A DNA stretch of 64,000 nt. Origin: Candidatus Poribacteria bacterium. GTDB lineage: Bacteria; Poribacteria; WGA-4E; PCPOR2b. Shown one piece after another: positions 1 through 11,546 of this stretch; position 1 is the first letter of the stretch; each line of letters opens with the position of its first letter. The stretch spans positions 2,976,001 to 3,040,000 of the forward strand of contig OZ242326.1 in the NCBI GenBank assembly GCA_965208325.1. The letters are read 5' to 3'. The notes under the pieces were generated by a model. The model was not told the DNA's origin and ran no database searches. It saw only the letters and a list, made by a program, of their open reading frames with translations. The position numbers and the translations under genes were made by a program.

Positions 1-232
1 ACACATTGTCAGGGCGCTTGAAACCACTGAAAACAGCCCATACCGTTTGCTGACCGAGCACATTCCATTGGAGTAATGCAAACGCGTACGGCGGAGATTA
101 AGTAGACATAAGCAGTTGATGAGAAAGTAGACACACGGTTTTACCATATTTCTTAGCCCGTGTCGCCCCACCCATTTATTGAGTCATCAAAGGAGTACAG
201 TTTTTTAAACGGCAGAAAGGAGGAGGACTTCA

Positions 233-2446
233 ATGAATACCCAATTATTGATAAAATGGATGTCTACGCTTATTCTGCCAATAGTCATCATCTATTGCCG
301 CTATCCCGTGGCGTACGCACTAGATTCCCCCGAATTTGAACAAGCAGTTGAACGCTACCGAAATCGGGTTCGCAAGGATCCGAAAAATCTGGCGTTGCAC
401 CGCGAACTGATCGCACATGCGCAGCAAACCGGCCGATTAGACATTCCACTGCAAATTTACAAAAACGCATACCTAAAGCAACCGGCAAATTCAATCGTCC
501 TCTACGTCTTAGGCTACACCTATATCAGGGAGGGATCCGAAACGTCGCTCATGGAAGCAGTAAAGTTGCTAGAAATGGCAATAGAAAAGCGGCCTCAGTT
601 TGCAGACGCTTATGCCGCATTGGGTGAGTGTTATGCGGCGCAGGGGAAAACCAAAGCGGCAATCGAAGCCTACAAAAGGAGTGTCCAGCTTAATCCCAAC
701 CTCTGGGAGGCTCACCTTGAATTGGGCAATTACCATCGGGATGCAAAAAACTATCAAAGTGCAATCGAACACTACACAAAATCTCTCGGCGCACATTCCA
801 AGCATGCCGGAACTCATTTTGAACTCGGCGCGCTGTACCGAAAAACTGGAGACCTTGAATCTGCTCGCCAAGCCTTTTCACTAGCAATAAAACATGACAA
901 AGGTTGTGCTGATGCCTACTATCAGTTGGGACAAATTTACGCTTTGCAGCAAAAGCCGAAGGACGCGCTGAAGCAATATCGCAAAGGGCGCGAGCTCGAC
1001 CCAAAAAACGCCAAAGTCCGCTATCAACTCGCACTCATCTTTCTGGACGGTGACGACGGGCGTAACGCAATCTTAGCGCTGCGGAGTGCATTAGCCGTGG
1101 ATCCCAAATACGCGGATTATGTGAATCTGCTGAACAATGTTAGCACGTTGGATGCAGTGGAAATCGCCGCGCAGATTCTTCAAAAACATCCTGACAATGC
1201 GGAACTTCAGCACTTTGTAGGTATGCTCTATCTAAAAATCGACCAACGGGAGATAGCCCAAGCCTATCTCGAACGTGCAAAAGCGCTCGATCCAAACAAT
1301 GCTGACGTGCGGTTCACCCTCGCTGAAAGTTATGAGCAGAAAGCGCCGGACGCAGCAATCGAAGAGTATAAGCAGGCGGCAGAACTCGGAAAAACCAGAC
1401 TCGATCTCCTGTTAAAACTGGCTGAAAGCTACCGGCTGGAAAAAAACTTTGAAAAGTTTCACGGGATTGCCCAGCAGATTTTGGCGATGGATGCAAAGCA
1501 GCCGGAAATCCATTATCAACTGTCAAATTTTTATGATGAAAAATCCAATCGGAAAAAGCAAGCTGGTGAAGTAGAAGAAGCAGAAACGCTGTTTAAGTTG
1601 GCAATCGAACACGCGAATAAAGCGTCCGAACAAGCTCCTAATGTTGCAGCCTACCACCTCAAACTCGCGGGTTTTTATGATCGGCAGAAGCAACTCAAGG
1701 CAATTCGTCTCTATGACAAAGTAATTGAACTAGACCCATTTAACGCGGAAGCGTATTACCGACGTGGGCTGTTCATGTCCAATTTCACATTTGGTGAGTC
1801 GAGGTTATTGCTCTATGATCCCGAAGATGTCATGGACGACCTGCAAAAAGCCGTAAAACTCAACCCGAATTTAGCCGGCGCACACTACGCCCTTGGGGTC
1901 GCTTACGACCGGATGGGCGATGTTCAAAAAGCCATGGTTGAATTCCAGAAAGCAGGAAATCTTGATCACAGCGACCCAAGGCCTCATCTTTATCTCGGCG
2001 AAAAATATGCCAATTCCGGACAGTTCCACCTGGCGATAGCCGCTTTCGCGAAAGCCGTCAAAGCCGATCCGGAAAATGTTGAAGCCCTGAAAGACTACGC
2101 CTTCTTGTGCCTAGCACACGATGAGGCACGCGGGTGGCGGCAGGCAAAACGCGCCCTTGAAAAAGCCATTCAAATTCGACCTAACGACGCAGAAATCCTG
2201 ATGAATTACGGATACACGCACTACCTCAGCAAAAACAGTAACGAAGCGATTGCCCACTATCTTCGCTCAATTGAACTCAAACCCGATTGGCCGCTAAGCC
2301 GCTACAATCTTGCAATCGCTTATGAGCAAATTGGCAAAAAAGAACTCGCCTTGGCGGAATATCAGAAAGTAGTCAAACTCGATCCGGAAGGGCTTCAAAC
2401 CGAAAAAGCGTTGAAACGTATCCAAATTTTGACGGGAGAGCAATAA
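233..2446 (+). CDS. Tetratricopeptide-repeat protein, probably exported
   Basis: 737 aa ORF after an AGGAGG RBS; hydrophobic N-terminus; many TPR motifs (e.g. 'ADAYAALGECY..GK..AAIEAYKRSVQLNP'). Confidence 0.88.
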   Translation: MNTQLLIKWMSTLILPIVIIYCRYPVAYALDSPEFEQAVERYRNRVRKDPKNLALHRELIAHAQQTGRLDIPLQIYKNAYLKQPANSIVLYVLGYTYIREGSETSLMEAVKLLEMAIEKRPQFADAYAALGECYAAQGKTKAAIEAYKRSVQLNPNLWEAHLELGNYHRDAKNYQSAIEHYTKSLGAHSKHAGTHFELGALYRKTGDLESARQAFSLAIKHDKGCADAYYQLGQIYALQQKPKDALKQYRKGRELDPKNAKVRYQLALIFLDGDDGRNAILALRSALAVDPKYADYVNLLNNVSTLDAVEIAAQILQKHPDNAELQHFVGMLYLKIDQREIAQAYLERAKALDPNNADVRFTLAESYEQKAPDAAIEEYKQAAELGKTRLDLLLKLAESYRLEKNFEKFHGIAQQILAMDAKQPEIHYQLSNFYDEKSNRKKQAGEVEEAETLFKLAIEHANKASEQAPNVAAYHLKLAGFYDRQKQLKAIRLYDKVIELDPFNAEAYYRRGLFMSNFTFGESRLLLYDPEDVMDDLQKAVKLNPNLAGAHYALGVAYDRMGDVQKAMVEFQKAGNLDHSDPRPHLYLGEKYANSGQFHLAIAAFAKAVKADPENVEALKDYAFLCLAHDEARGWRQAKRALEKAIQIRPNDAEILMNYGYTHYLSKNSNEAIAHYLRSIELKPDWPLSRYNLAIAYEQIGKKELALAEYQKVVKLDPEGLQTEKALKRIQILTGEQ

Positions 2447-2489
2447 TGCAAAAGGAGAATCAACTTAGAACATGCACAGCCATATCACC

Positions 2490-2513
2490 GTAGGAGCGAT
2501 CGCCGAATCGCGA
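2490..2513. repeat. REP-like GTAG-headed short palindrome
   Basis: GTAGGAGCGATCGCCGAATCGCGA; a near-identical copy lies on the opposite strand at about 45156-45179. Confidence 0.6.
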
Positions 2514-2640
2514 TGCCGTCGCTCACACACAGACCAAAAACCAATGGCGCTACAACGTATCGTGTTTATGCCTTTTGCACAATTCTTGGTCAAAACCCTG
2601 AAGACCCAATTTATACACATTAAAACGGAGGTTTATCATC

Positions 2641-3063
2641 ATGCCACAACCCTTACCGTTACAGTCAATCAATCACGTGTCCTTCGATGTCGCTGACCTG
2701 GAAGCAAGTATGGCGTTCTATCGCGATGTACTTGGGTTCCAGCGAATTCGCCGTCCGCACTTCCCGTTAGCACCGGGCATTTGGCTGTACAACTATGGAC
2801 TTCAACTCCACCTAAAGCAACCGAGGCACGCAAAGTTTAAAGAAGTATCTCAAGAGCGCAATCTCTCAGTCACCGCCGATCATATCGCTTTTTATGTTCA
2901 AGACACCGATGAAGTCGAACGCTTGCTAAAGGAACATAACATCCCATACAGAGCTTTGTTCGTAGAGGAGGCGGGCATCACAATGGTGTTTTTTCAGGAC
3001 CCCGACGGAAACCATCTTGAGGTCGGCGCTTACCCGCCGCCTGTCGAGTTTATGGAAGGCTGA
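2641..3063 (+). CDS. VOC family (glyoxalase/bleomycin-resistance) protein
   Basis: 'INHVSFDVADLEASMAFYRDVLGF', 'DHIAF', 'FFQDPDGNHLEV'; GGAGG RBS. Confidence 0.9.
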   Translation: MPQPLPLQSINHVSFDVADLEASMAFYRDVLGFQRIRRPHFPLAPGIWLYNYGLQLHLKQPRHAKFKEVSQERNLSVTADHIAFYVQDTDEVERLLKEHNIPYRALFVEEAGITMVFFQDPDGNHLEVGAYPPPVEFMEG

Positions 3064-3065
3064 GT

Positions 3066-3548
3066 ATGGCACTTCGACGCAGGCGCAAAACCGAATCTCA
3101 GCCCGAAAATATTGCTTCGCATACGGAAGATTATCCAAACGCGCTCCGCGCAAACAAATACAGTATACGCTTTGATATCCTTCCAGAGATTTCCTACCTA
3201 GACATTCAACAGTGTAGGCTAATTGCTGACATTTTACCCCTATGCAAAGGCTTTCCCGACGCGGTGTGGCTCTCGCAGCAGAGAGTTGAAGAGGGGCTTG
3301 ATTCCTGTAGTGTCAACTTTTGGGCTTTTTCGAAAGAATCCGAAGCGATAAAGGAATTTGCAATCTGGTTTGAGAGTTTTTTCAGAGATGCATCTGTTTC
3401 TCAATTCTTGGAGCGCTTCGTTGAGCATGCCCTTGAAAAAGCCGGGGACGAAGAAGTCATACTTGCAAATTGGTCTCGGATCCATGCGGCCGAAGATGAA
3501 GTCAATACCATCGTCAAACGCGAAATCGAGATGTCAAGTGAGGATTAA
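3066..3548 (+). CDS. Hypothetical protein
   Basis: 160 aa ORF starting 2 bp after the VOC gene; no recognised motif. Confidence 0.6.
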   Translation: MALRRRRKTESQPENIASHTEDYPNALRANKYSIRFDILPEISYLDIQQCRLIADILPLCKGFPDAVWLSQQRVEEGLDSCSVNFWAFSKESEAIKEFAIWFESFFRDASVSQFLERFVEHALEKAGDEEVILANWSRIHAAEDEVNTIVKREIEMSSED

Positions 3549-3648
3549 TCGACACTTGACTGTTCGCGCATAGAGCCATAAAGGCCGCATGCGAAATTAA
3601 CAGCCTGCCGGCCAATACCTTGTTGGCCATTTCCATTTCAAAGGGAAA

Positions 3649-5523
3649 ATGTCGTTTGTCCGCGCAATAATTCTGGGTATCGTTCTGATACCAATCAATC
3701 TGCACTGGCTCATGCATGCTGAGTCGCTCCATCCGCCCGTCTACTCAACCCTCTTTACCCTCTTTTACAATGTGACATTCACCCTCTTTGTCCTTGTGGT
3801 GTTGAATGCGCTGCTTAAGAAATATTCACCAAAGCTCGCATTTCAACCCGGCGAACTTCTAATCGTCTACGTCATGTTGTCGATCGGAACGGGCATCTTT
3901 GGACATGACCTAATGATTGTCTTTGCGCCAACATTGACCGCCTTCTGGTTCGCAACGCCGGAAAATGAATGGTCGGTCCTATTCCGGCGGCATCTGCCTG
4001 AATGGCTCTTCGTCTCTGACGAGAAGGCGCTGCTGGCGTTCCACGAAGGGGAATCATCGCTCTATATCGCTAAACATATCAACGCATGGCTGGCACCTGT
4101 CGCAATCTGGGGTAGCTTTTTAATCGTGCTGCTATTCGTTTTGGTGTGCATGAACGCACTCATCCGTAAACAGTGGGCGGAAAATGAAAGGTTATCTTAC
4201 CCTGTAATCCAACTGCCGCTGGAGTTAGCAAGCGGCGGTACGGGGCTGCTTACTAATCCCCGTTTGTGGATTGGGTTCGCAGTCACCGGCAGTGTGGATT
4301 TAATCAACGGTCTTCATGGGCTTTTTCCGTCATTCCCCAATTTCAAACTGGTTCAAGACCTCCGCCCGCTTTTCACAACCCAGCCTTGGAACGCCATCGG
4401 TTGGACGCCCATAGCCGTCTACCCCTTTGTGGTGGGATTGGGGTATTTTCTGCCGGTCAATCTTGCGTTTTCCGCATGGTTCTTTCACGTATTCTGGAAG
4501 GCGGAACTCATTTGCCGGAATGCAATTGGATTGTGGAGCACACCCGGCCCGTATCGAAGCTTTACGACATCGGGCGCATGGATGATTCTCACACTGTTCG
4601 TATTATGGAACAGTCGAAAATACCTCATTCAGGTGGTCCGGTGGTCGATCCGCGGAACCCCATCGTCAGTGGCTGCCAATGAACCGATGACGTATCGAGC
4701 TGCAAGCCTTGGTATGATTTCGGGCACAATTATATTGGTGTTATTCCTCGCCTTCGCGGGGATGTCCGTCTGGGTCGCAACCCTTTTTCTTCTTATTTAC
4801 TTCCTTTATATGATAGCCATCGCTCGCATCCGCGCCGAAATCGGTCCCCCTGCCCACGACGCTGAATGGATGGGGCCAGAACAACTCCTCCTGAACAGTT
4901 TTGGTGCGAGTCGCATAGGCCCTCGTAATATTGCCATGTTTACTCGACTCTATTGGATGAGTCGAGCGTATCGCTCACATCCGGTCGGGCACCAGTTGGA
5001 AGGGTTTAGAATTGCACAGGTAATCAGGGCGCCAAGCCGCGTATACCTAGCGGCGATGATAATTGCATCAGTGGTTGGAACTTTTGCCGGCTTTTGGGCA
5101 TATACGCACAATCTGTATGAACATGGAGCAGGATCTGGCGGGAGCTTGGGGGCAGAAGCGTTTCGACGGTTGCAGGTCTGGCTGCAAAACCCGGGAGCGC
5201 GCAACGATATGATGCTCAAGGAGGTGGGATTGGGAGCTGCCGTGACCTTCCTCCTGATGGTATTACATCAGCGATTCGTAGGATTTCCTTTTCACCCGGT
5301 CGGTTATGCCGTCGCTTGCGGTTGGGTAATGAGTGCCGCCTGGTTTTCGGTGTTTCTGGCGTGGTTGGTTAAATGGACAATACTGAAGTTTGGCGGTATT
5401 CGGCTCTACCGCCAGATGGTGCCGTTCTTTTTAGGCGTGATTCTAGGCCAACACGTCGTCGGAGGGTCATGGACAATCATCCGCGAAATTGTGGGTGGAT
5501 ACGGGTATCGGTTCTTTCCTTAG
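3649..5523 (+). CDS. Polytopic membrane protein (DUF6785/DUF6784-like, possible transporter)
   Basis: Many hydrophobic segments; 'RKQWAENERLSYPVIQLP' and 'FPFHPVGY' resemble my recollection of this family. Confidence 0.7.
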   Translation: MSFVRAIILGIVLIPINLHWLMHAESLHPPVYSTLFTLFYNVTFTLFVLVVLNALLKKYSPKLAFQPGELLIVYVMLSIGTGIFGHDLMIVFAPTLTAFWFATPENEWSVLFRRHLPEWLFVSDEKALLAFHEGESSLYIAKHINAWLAPVAIWGSFLIVLLFVLVCMNALIRKQWAENERLSYPVIQLPLELASGGTGLLTNPRLWIGFAVTGSVDLINGLHGLFPSFPNFKLVQDLRPLFTTQPWNAIGWTPIAVYPFVVGLGYFLPVNLAFSAWFFHVFWKAELICRNAIGLWSTPGPYRSFTTSGAWMILTLFVLWNSRKYLIQVVRWSIRGTPSSVAANEPMTYRAASLGMISGTIILVLFLAFAGMSVWVATLFLLIYFLYMIAIARIRAEIGPPAHDAEWMGPEQLLLNSFGASRIGPRNIAMFTRLYWMSRAYRSHPVGHQLEGFRIAQVIRAPSRVYLAAMIIASVVGTFAGFWAYTHNLYEHGAGSGGSLGAEAFRRLQVWLQNPGARNDMMLKEVGLGAAVTFLLMVLHQRFVGFPFHPVGYAVACGWVMSAAWFSVFLAWLVKWTILKFGGIRLYRQMVPFFLGVILGQHVVGGSWTIIREIVGGYGYRFFP

Positions 5524-5943
5524 GTTTCTCGACATCTAAGTCAGGTTTGTGCTAGATTTGCTGACGTTCTGGACAATCTACGCGTCTTCACCAAAAGGAT
5601 AACGAAGTATTCCCGCATATCCTCTCGCTCTTCGCAGTTAGCGATCCGTTATTTTGGATTTCTTAACTTGTAACCATCCTTGTCCAGTTACGTTAAAATA
5701 TTTACAGCACCCAAATACAATTTAAACTATTTTGCGGATTGCGTTACCTTAAACAGCACGTTATGAGTTTCAGCATAAGTCATGCTTGGCGTTCGAGGAA
5801 AAAAATGACTCAAAATCTTGAAGGAGGCAAATCGGTGGAGGTAGGAGCAAGACCTTTAATTCACGGAGGCTAATCAGATAATTCCATAGACCGTTTCACT
5901 TTGCCGCCAGTCTGGTCTTGCCGCCAGTTCTACTAGAGTAGGT

Positions 5944-8163
5944 ATGATTAACAAACCGTCAGTTGTTCTATTTCTTGCCCTGTGTATTTTGGCGTATAGT
6001 TGTATAGCTTCAAATCTACATGTGGACACTGTTTTGGAAGGCGCACTCGCGTTGATAGATCAAGAAAACTACGCTGAGGCCGCGCTACAATTAGAACCGC
6101 TGCTACAAACATCAATTCAGGAATTGAATGTGAATTCGGAGGAAATTCATCACGTCCTCGCACACTGCTACGAAAAACAGGAAAAATGGAACGAAGCCGT
6201 CCAACATTACCAAAAAGCAGTTGCGCCCGCCAATGAGTTGGCTGATTACGCACACTTTCGCCTCGCCAAATCATATCAGCAGATGGGCGATTATCCAAAC
6301 GCGCTAATCTGGTATCAACGTTTAATTGATGAATATCCAAAGAGTTTTCATTTCGGCGAAGCGAATTTTGAGATTGCAAAGGTGTACCAACAGCAGAACG
6401 AATATGAAAAAGCGCTCGGCTCTTTGTCTTACTTGATTGACAACAAAAGGAGCGGCTATGTTAGGCAATCGCTTTATGAACGAGGCTTGGTTTACGAAGC
6501 ATTGGGTAAACGGAAGCAAGCCTTGCTCACTTATCAACAACTTACCAATGCAGACCCAACCGACGAGGTCGCCAAGAACGCGCTGGATCGAATTAAGAAA
6601 CTGGTGAAAGCATATCCTAATTTCGAAATAAGTCGTACCCAACGCATGAACCAGGGGTTAGTGCTTTACCATCATAGCAACTGGGCACGGGCTCGCGCCG
6701 AATTCGAAAGAGTTGCAGCCGGTTACAAGGATTCACTCGCAGGTCGAGCCACCTACTATATCGGTCGGAGTTACTACCGGCAGCGGCGGTACGACTCCGC
6801 AATCAAGGCATTCAACAAGGTGGTTTCGCTATATCCGGGGTCCGGTTATTTGACGCGGGCGCTATATCAAACAACACTTTGCTATCGCCGCTCGGAACAG
6901 CCCGATATGGCGCAACAGCGGTTAAAGGCTTTCCTCGAAAAATACGCGTGGAGTGCGTTAGCGGATGATGCGCATTACGATCTCGGTTGGGTGCAACAGA
7001 ATCAAGAGCAGTATGAGGAAGCAATCGAAACCTATCGCAGCATGGCACAGAAATATCGCAGCAGTGATTTGGTATCCCAAGCATATTGGCGTATTGGATG
7101 GATTCAATTCAAGAAGAAACGATATGCAGAGTGTATCGAAACCTTCGCCGCCTTGTTAGAACAATATCCGGACAGTGCGTTTAGCACAGCCGCGCACTTT
7201 TGGATAGCCAAGAGTCACGAGCGTCAGAATCAGTGGGAAGAAGCAGAAAAGGTGTACCGCGAAATCGTTGAAGCCAACCACTGGTATTATGCGGACCGAG
7301 CACGCGCTATCCTTAAGAATGGGCCTCAGGGAAGTGTAGTCTCTCTGAACACCACTGAATCACGTGCAAATGTCGCGCCCAACAATTCGGTCTGGAAAGA
7401 TATCGGATCAAAGAAAACGCCGCGCGTTGCAAAATTGATGCAACTCAGGCTCTTCGATGATGCGCTCACCGAACTCAAGGGAACCATTCGGATTGATAGG
7501 TCCAACCTTCAAGATAGTTACTATAACCTGATTGTCTGCTATCAGAAACTTAAAGAATTTCAGAAAGCAATCATATACGCGGAAAAGCTCGCAAGTTTTG
7601 AAGTGCTGCAGGACGAAAACGAAGCTATTCCAATCGAACTGTACCAGCTGCGTTATCCGCTCTATTACGGAGAAATCATCCAGAGGCATTCGCAAGAATA
7701 CGAGATCGACCCGCTGTTCGTCGCTTCCATGATTCGTGAAGAGAGCCGTTATAATGCAGATATCGCTTCTTGGGCGGGAGCGCTGGGATTAATGCAAATC
7801 ATGCCTGCAACCGGTCAGGATCTCGCCCGCCGCCTCAGAATTCGCCGCTTCCGCACTGCCATGCTTCTGAATCCGGAGATAAACATTCAGATGGGCACAT
7901 GGTACATGAAACACCTGATGGATAAATTTGAAAACAACCATGCGCTCGTTGCCGGAGCATACAACGGCGGTCCCGGCCGCATTCAACGATGGTTAAATGA
8001 AATGGACGTTTCCGATTTCGACGAATTCATTGAGGATATTTCGATTACTGAAACCCGCCGCCATATCAAGAAAGTCATCGATAGCTACCGCATCTATAAG
8101 GAACTCTACTCAGAACACAATCTTCCCGCGGCGCCCCCAAAAATTATAGGTGACAAGGGGTAA
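5944..8163 (+). CDS. Soluble lytic transglycosylase (SLT domain) with N-terminal TPR/BamD-like repeats
   Basis: Signal peptide; TPRs; SLT motifs 'IREES', 'GALGLMQIMPATG', 'AYNGGPG', 'ETRRHIKKV'. Confidence 0.92.
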   Translation: MINKPSVVLFLALCILAYSCIASNLHVDTVLEGALALIDQENYAEAALQLEPLLQTSIQELNVNSEEIHHVLAHCYEKQEKWNEAVQHYQKAVAPANELADYAHFRLAKSYQQMGDYPNALIWYQRLIDEYPKSFHFGEANFEIAKVYQQQNEYEKALGSLSYLIDNKRSGYVRQSLYERGLVYEALGKRKQALLTYQQLTNADPTDEVAKNALDRIKKLVKAYPNFEISRTQRMNQGLVLYHHSNWARARAEFERVAAGYKDSLAGRATYYIGRSYYRQRRYDSAIKAFNKVVSLYPGSGYLTRALYQTTLCYRRSEQPDMAQQRLKAFLEKYAWSALADDAHYDLGWVQQNQEQYEEAIETYRSMAQKYRSSDLVSQAYWRIGWIQFKKKRYAECIETFAALLEQYPDSAFSTAAHFWIAKSHERQNQWEEAEKVYREIVEANHWYYADRARAILKNGPQGSVVSLNTTESRANVAPNNSVWKDIGSKKTPRVAKLMQLRLFDDALTELKGTIRIDRSNLQDSYYNLIVCYQKLKEFQKAIIYAEKLASFEVLQDENEAIPIELYQLRYPLYYGEIIQRHSQEYEIDPLFVASMIREESRYNADIASWAGALGLMQIMPATGQDLARRLRIRRFRTAMLLNPEINIQMGTWYMKHLMDKFENNHALVAGAYNGGPGRIQRWLNEMDVSDFDEFIEDISITETRRHIKKVIDSYRIYKELYSEHNLPAAPPKIIGDKG

Positions 8164-9346
8164 AAACCTTCAACCCATTTCGGCGATGCCAACAATCATG
8201 ATCGTTGCCGGAGAGCCCTCCGGCGATCTCCATGCCTCTCGCGTTGCGTCCAAACTCAAAGACCTTGCGCCCGGTATCCATCTCGTCGGTATGGGGGGAG
8301 ATTTGATGGAGCAGTCCGGCGTCAGCTTAATCTTTCACATTCGCGACTCCGCCGTAATGGGGATTGGCGAAGTTGTCGCTTCCATACCCGAACTTCTGAA
8401 GAAACGCAGGCATTTAAAGCGATACATCCGTGAAACAAAACCTGACGCCCTGCTGTTGGTAGATTTCGCCGAATTTAACGTGGGGTTAGCGCGTTTCGCC
8501 AATCGACTGAGTATTCCCGTAATCTACTACATCCCTCCCAAAGCCTGGGCGTGGCGCCCGCAGCGCGCCAAAAAGATAGCCAAATACGCTTCTATCGTGG
8601 CATCAATCTTTCCATTTGAGGCAACGTTCTACCGTCGTGCGGGCGCAAACGCGAAGTTTGTAGGGCATCCACTCGTGGACTTCGCCCAATCAAACCAGAG
8701 TCGCGAGGAAGCCCGCCGCGCGCTGAACTTACGCGAAAATTCACCAGTCTTAGGGCTAATGCCGGGCAGCCGCCGCCGGGAGGTTGACCGGTTACTCCCC
8801 GTCATGCTAGAGGCCGCCCATCACATCCGCCAATCCTTGCCGGATTGTCAGTTTATCCTTCCGCTCGCACCTAGCATCCATCCGGAGTCCCTGCCGAATA
8901 TGCCGTTCGTACACCTTGTAAAAGGGAACACCTATGATTCAATGAGAGCTTCAGACTTGATGTTGATTGCATCGGGGACAGCAACCCTCGAAGCAGCCTG
9001 TTTAGGAACACCGATGATTGTACTCTATAAAATGTCGCGGTCAAGCTGGTGGGTTATAAAATCGCTCGCTGCCATAGACTGGAGCGCTTTGCCGAACATC
9101 ATCGCAGGGCGGGAAATCGTTCCGGAACTCCTCCAGAACGATGCACAGTCGTCCCAAATTACCCCCATCGCGCTTAAGTTGCTCCAATCTTTAGAAGCGC
9201 GGCAATCTCAACAGGAGGAACTCGAAAAGGTCTATACACAGCTCGGCAATCCCGGCACGGCTGAGCGTACAGCCCAGATAGTCCTAGATTGCCTGCATGG
9301 AAGGGATGGTGATGAAGAAAATCGGAATTGCAAGCATTTCTCCTGA
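8150..9346 (+). CDS. lpxB: Lipid-A-disaccharide synthase
   Basis: 'IVAGEPSGDLHA', 'WAWR', 'FVGHPL', 'MPGSR', 'ASGTATLE'; the real start may be ATG 8186. Confidence 0.95.
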   Translation: MTRGKNLQPISAMPTIMIVAGEPSGDLHASRVASKLKDLAPGIHLVGMGGDLMEQSGVSLIFHIRDSAVMGIGEVVASIPELLKKRRHLKRYIRETKPDALLLVDFAEFNVGLARFANRLSIPVIYYIPPKAWAWRPQRAKKIAKYASIVASIFPFEATFYRRAGANAKFVGHPLVDFAQSNQSREEARRALNLRENSPVLGLMPGSRRREVDRLLPVMLEAAHHIRQSLPDCQFILPLAPSIHPESLPNMPFVHLVKGNTYDSMRASDLMLIASGTATLEAACLGTPMIVLYKMSRSSWWVIKSLAAIDWSALPNIIAGREIVPELLQNDAQSSQITPIALKLLQSLEARQSQQEELEKVYTQLGNPGTAERTAQIVLDCLHGRDGDEENRNCKHFS

Positions 9347-9535
9347 AAAAAATCCGCATTTGCACATTACGGACGGGCATACCACAAACAATACTGGGTA
9401 ATGAATAATGCTGGATACCGGGAATTTGTTCCGATTTCTACGTTGGGCAGTAAGCTAACTTATGATTGTCTATCGACACCAGTCTTTTATGGGTTAAATC
9501 GAAAGCACACGGTGCCGCAGTCCACTCACTCTACT

Positions 9536-9943
9536 TCACTCAATGAGATGCCCCATAAAAATGTACGTGTCCAGACTATACGGGTGATAGAAAATCCACG
9601 CTCTCCGATCATACTGGTCGATAAAATCAAGGAATATTTGTTTATCGCCTGGCGGAAAGTACCTGGCTGTAAGTTGTTCATCAACGCTTCTGCTCCGGTC
9701 ATATTTTACATACTCTTCGAAACCTTCGGGCGCATGGTCGTATAGATTATAGGTACGTGTTACTTCCTCCAACTCCAAGGCAGGCAAGTCCAACTGATCG
9801 TGTTCTTCCCCCAGACCTTCTCGATCTGCTTTCCACGCGCAATTTGAAAGACTGAGCGAGAACAGCAATAATCCAACCCCGGCAGCAATCATCGAAGTTG
9901 TCAAAAACTTGCGCCCGCTAAACTGATTTTGTTCTTTCATCAT
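9536..9943 (-). CDS. Hypothetical exported or lipoprotein-like protein
   Basis: 135 aa ORF with GGAGG RBS; hydrophobic N-terminal segment ending near a Cys. Confidence 0.55.
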   Translation of the reverse strand: MMKEQNQFSGRKFLTTSMIAAGVGLLLFSLSLSNCAWKADREGLGEEHDQLDLPALELEEVTRTYNLYDHAPEGFEEYVKYDRSRSVDEQLTARYFPPGDKQIFLDFIDQYDRRAWIFYHPYSLDTYIFMGHLIE

Positions 9944-10134
9944 TGCCTCCTAATTCTCAATAAACTACGATAAATCAGTGCTACACGCCATCACAACACT
10001 CCTCCGGATGACAAGCTTTTTGAGAATTGGACGAAGGACATGGAATCCGCTGCCATTCTCCCGGCTGCGAATCGCTTATCGAAGATTTTAAGGAATTAAC
10101 AGAATCGCTGTCTAGACAATATCGGCAACAACAA

Positions 10135-10431
10135 TCAACTATACCCGGGACAGGTGCAAGGAACAAATTCGCACTTAGGACATCCATCAGCATAAATCCG
10201 CGCGGCGTCTCCGAGATCGACATTCAGCAGACTCGCCAGTGTTGACAACCAGGCGAACACATCGGCAAACTCTTCCCGCAGCCGATCGGTGTTTTGAGGT
10301 TCACGGCGTATCTCCTTCGCAAGTTCGCCCACCTCTTCAGCGAACCAAACAAACGTGCGGTCCACGCCGCGTCCGGCATCCCGTTCAAAATAGATGCGCT
10401 CAATCAAACTCTGAAATTCTTGAATCGTCAT
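10135..10431 (-). CDS. MazG-like nucleotide pyrophosphohydrolase
   Basis: 'EEVGEL...EEFADV' motifs; C-terminal CPKC..PCTC; overlaps the prpC stop by 4 bp. Confidence 0.9.
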   Translation of the reverse strand: MTIQEFQSLIERIYFERDAGRGVDRTFVWFAEEVGELAKEIRREPQNTDRLREEFADVFAWLSTLASLLNVDLGDAARIYADGCPKCEFVPCTCPGYS

Positions 10432-11546
10432 CGGTCAGCCATAGGCGGATAGAGTCTCGAATCGGGTCCGATGTAGTCGGCGCGTGGACGGATAAGCCTG
10501 TTATTGGTTCGCTGCTCTATGGCGTGGGCAGCCCAACCGGTAACCCGTGACATCACAAAGATCGGCGTAAACATCGGCGTTGGGATACCGCACAGATGAT
10601 AGGCTGAAGCGCTGTAGAAATCGAGGTTCGGGAACAGCTTCTTTTCTCGCCACATTACCTGTTCGATACGCTCGGAGATGTCATACAGTTTGGTGTCGCC
10701 GCTTCTCTCTGAGAGTTTCTGCGACCACTCTTTAATGATATCCGAACGCGGATCTGAGGTCGTGTAGACACGGTGGCCGAAGCCCATAATCAAGGTCTTC
10801 TTCACTAACATGTCCAGAATAGCGGATTCCGCTTCGTCCGGCGTCTCAAATCGCTCAATCAACTCCATCGCGGCTTCGTTAGCGCCCCCATGTAAGGGAC
10901 CGCGCAGCGTACCGATGGCGGCGGTAATCGCGGAATAAATGTCCGATAGCGTTGAAGTAGCGACGCGGGTGGCAAAGGTTGAAGCATTAAATTCGTGCTC
11001 TGCGTAAAGAATCAACGACACATCGACAGCCTTGCGGCTGACTTCATCCGGCGGCTCGCCGTGCAACAGATGGAGAAAGTGTCCGGCGATTGTGTCATCA
11101 TCTGTTTCGGTATTGATGCGCTCACCGTTCTTCTGGAAATGATACCAATAGAGCAGCATCGAACCGAAGCTGGCAGTAAGCCGATCCACAATATTCAACT
11201 GATTGTTTGTCTCGTTTTCCGGCTCGATTGTGCCCAGCGCTGAACAACCGGTACGCATGACATCCATCGGATGCGCATCCTCCGGCAACTGTTCAAGGAC
11301 GGTTTTAATCCCGGCAGGCAGGCTGCGCATACCTGCTAGCCGCGCTTTGTAGTCATCGAATTCAGCCTGCGTAGGCAACGCGCCGTGAATTAACAGATAA
11401 GCAACCTCTTCAAAGGTCGCGTGCTCCGCTAAATCGTGAATGGAATACCCCCGGTAGTTGAGTCCTATTCCTTCTAGTCCTACCGTGCAAATTGAAGTTT
11501 CGCCGGCAGTAACGCCGGCTAACCCCCCCGGTTTTTTAGCTTTCAT
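10428..11546 (-). CDS. prpC: 2-methylcitrate synthase
   Basis: Citrate-synthase motifs 'EHEFNASTF', 'GPLHGGANE', 'MGFGHRVY', 'FPNLDFY'; directly follows prpB. Confidence 0.95.
   Translation of the reverse strand: MKAKKPGGLAGVTAGETSICTVGLEGIGLNYRGYSIHDLAEHATFEEVAYLLIHGALPTQAEFDDYKARLAGMRSLPAGIKTVLEQLPEDAHPMDVMRTGCSALGTIEPENETNNQLNIVDRLTASFGSMLLYWYHFQKNGERINTETDDDTIAGHFLHLLHGEPPDEVSRKAVDVSLILYAEHEFNASTFATRVATSTLSDIYSAITAAIGTLRGPLHGGANEAAMELIERFETPDEAESAILDMLVKKTLIMGFGHRVYTTSDPRSDIIKEWSQKLSERSGDTKLYDISERIEQVMWREKKLFPNLDFYSASAYHLCGIPTPMFTPIFVMSRVTGWAAHAIEQRTNNRLIRPRADYIGPDSRLYPPMADR

Noticed and set aside
5901..5928. TTGCCGCCAGT direct repeat upstream of the transglycosylase
   Set aside because: Only two 11-bp copies, with no other support for a regulatory role.
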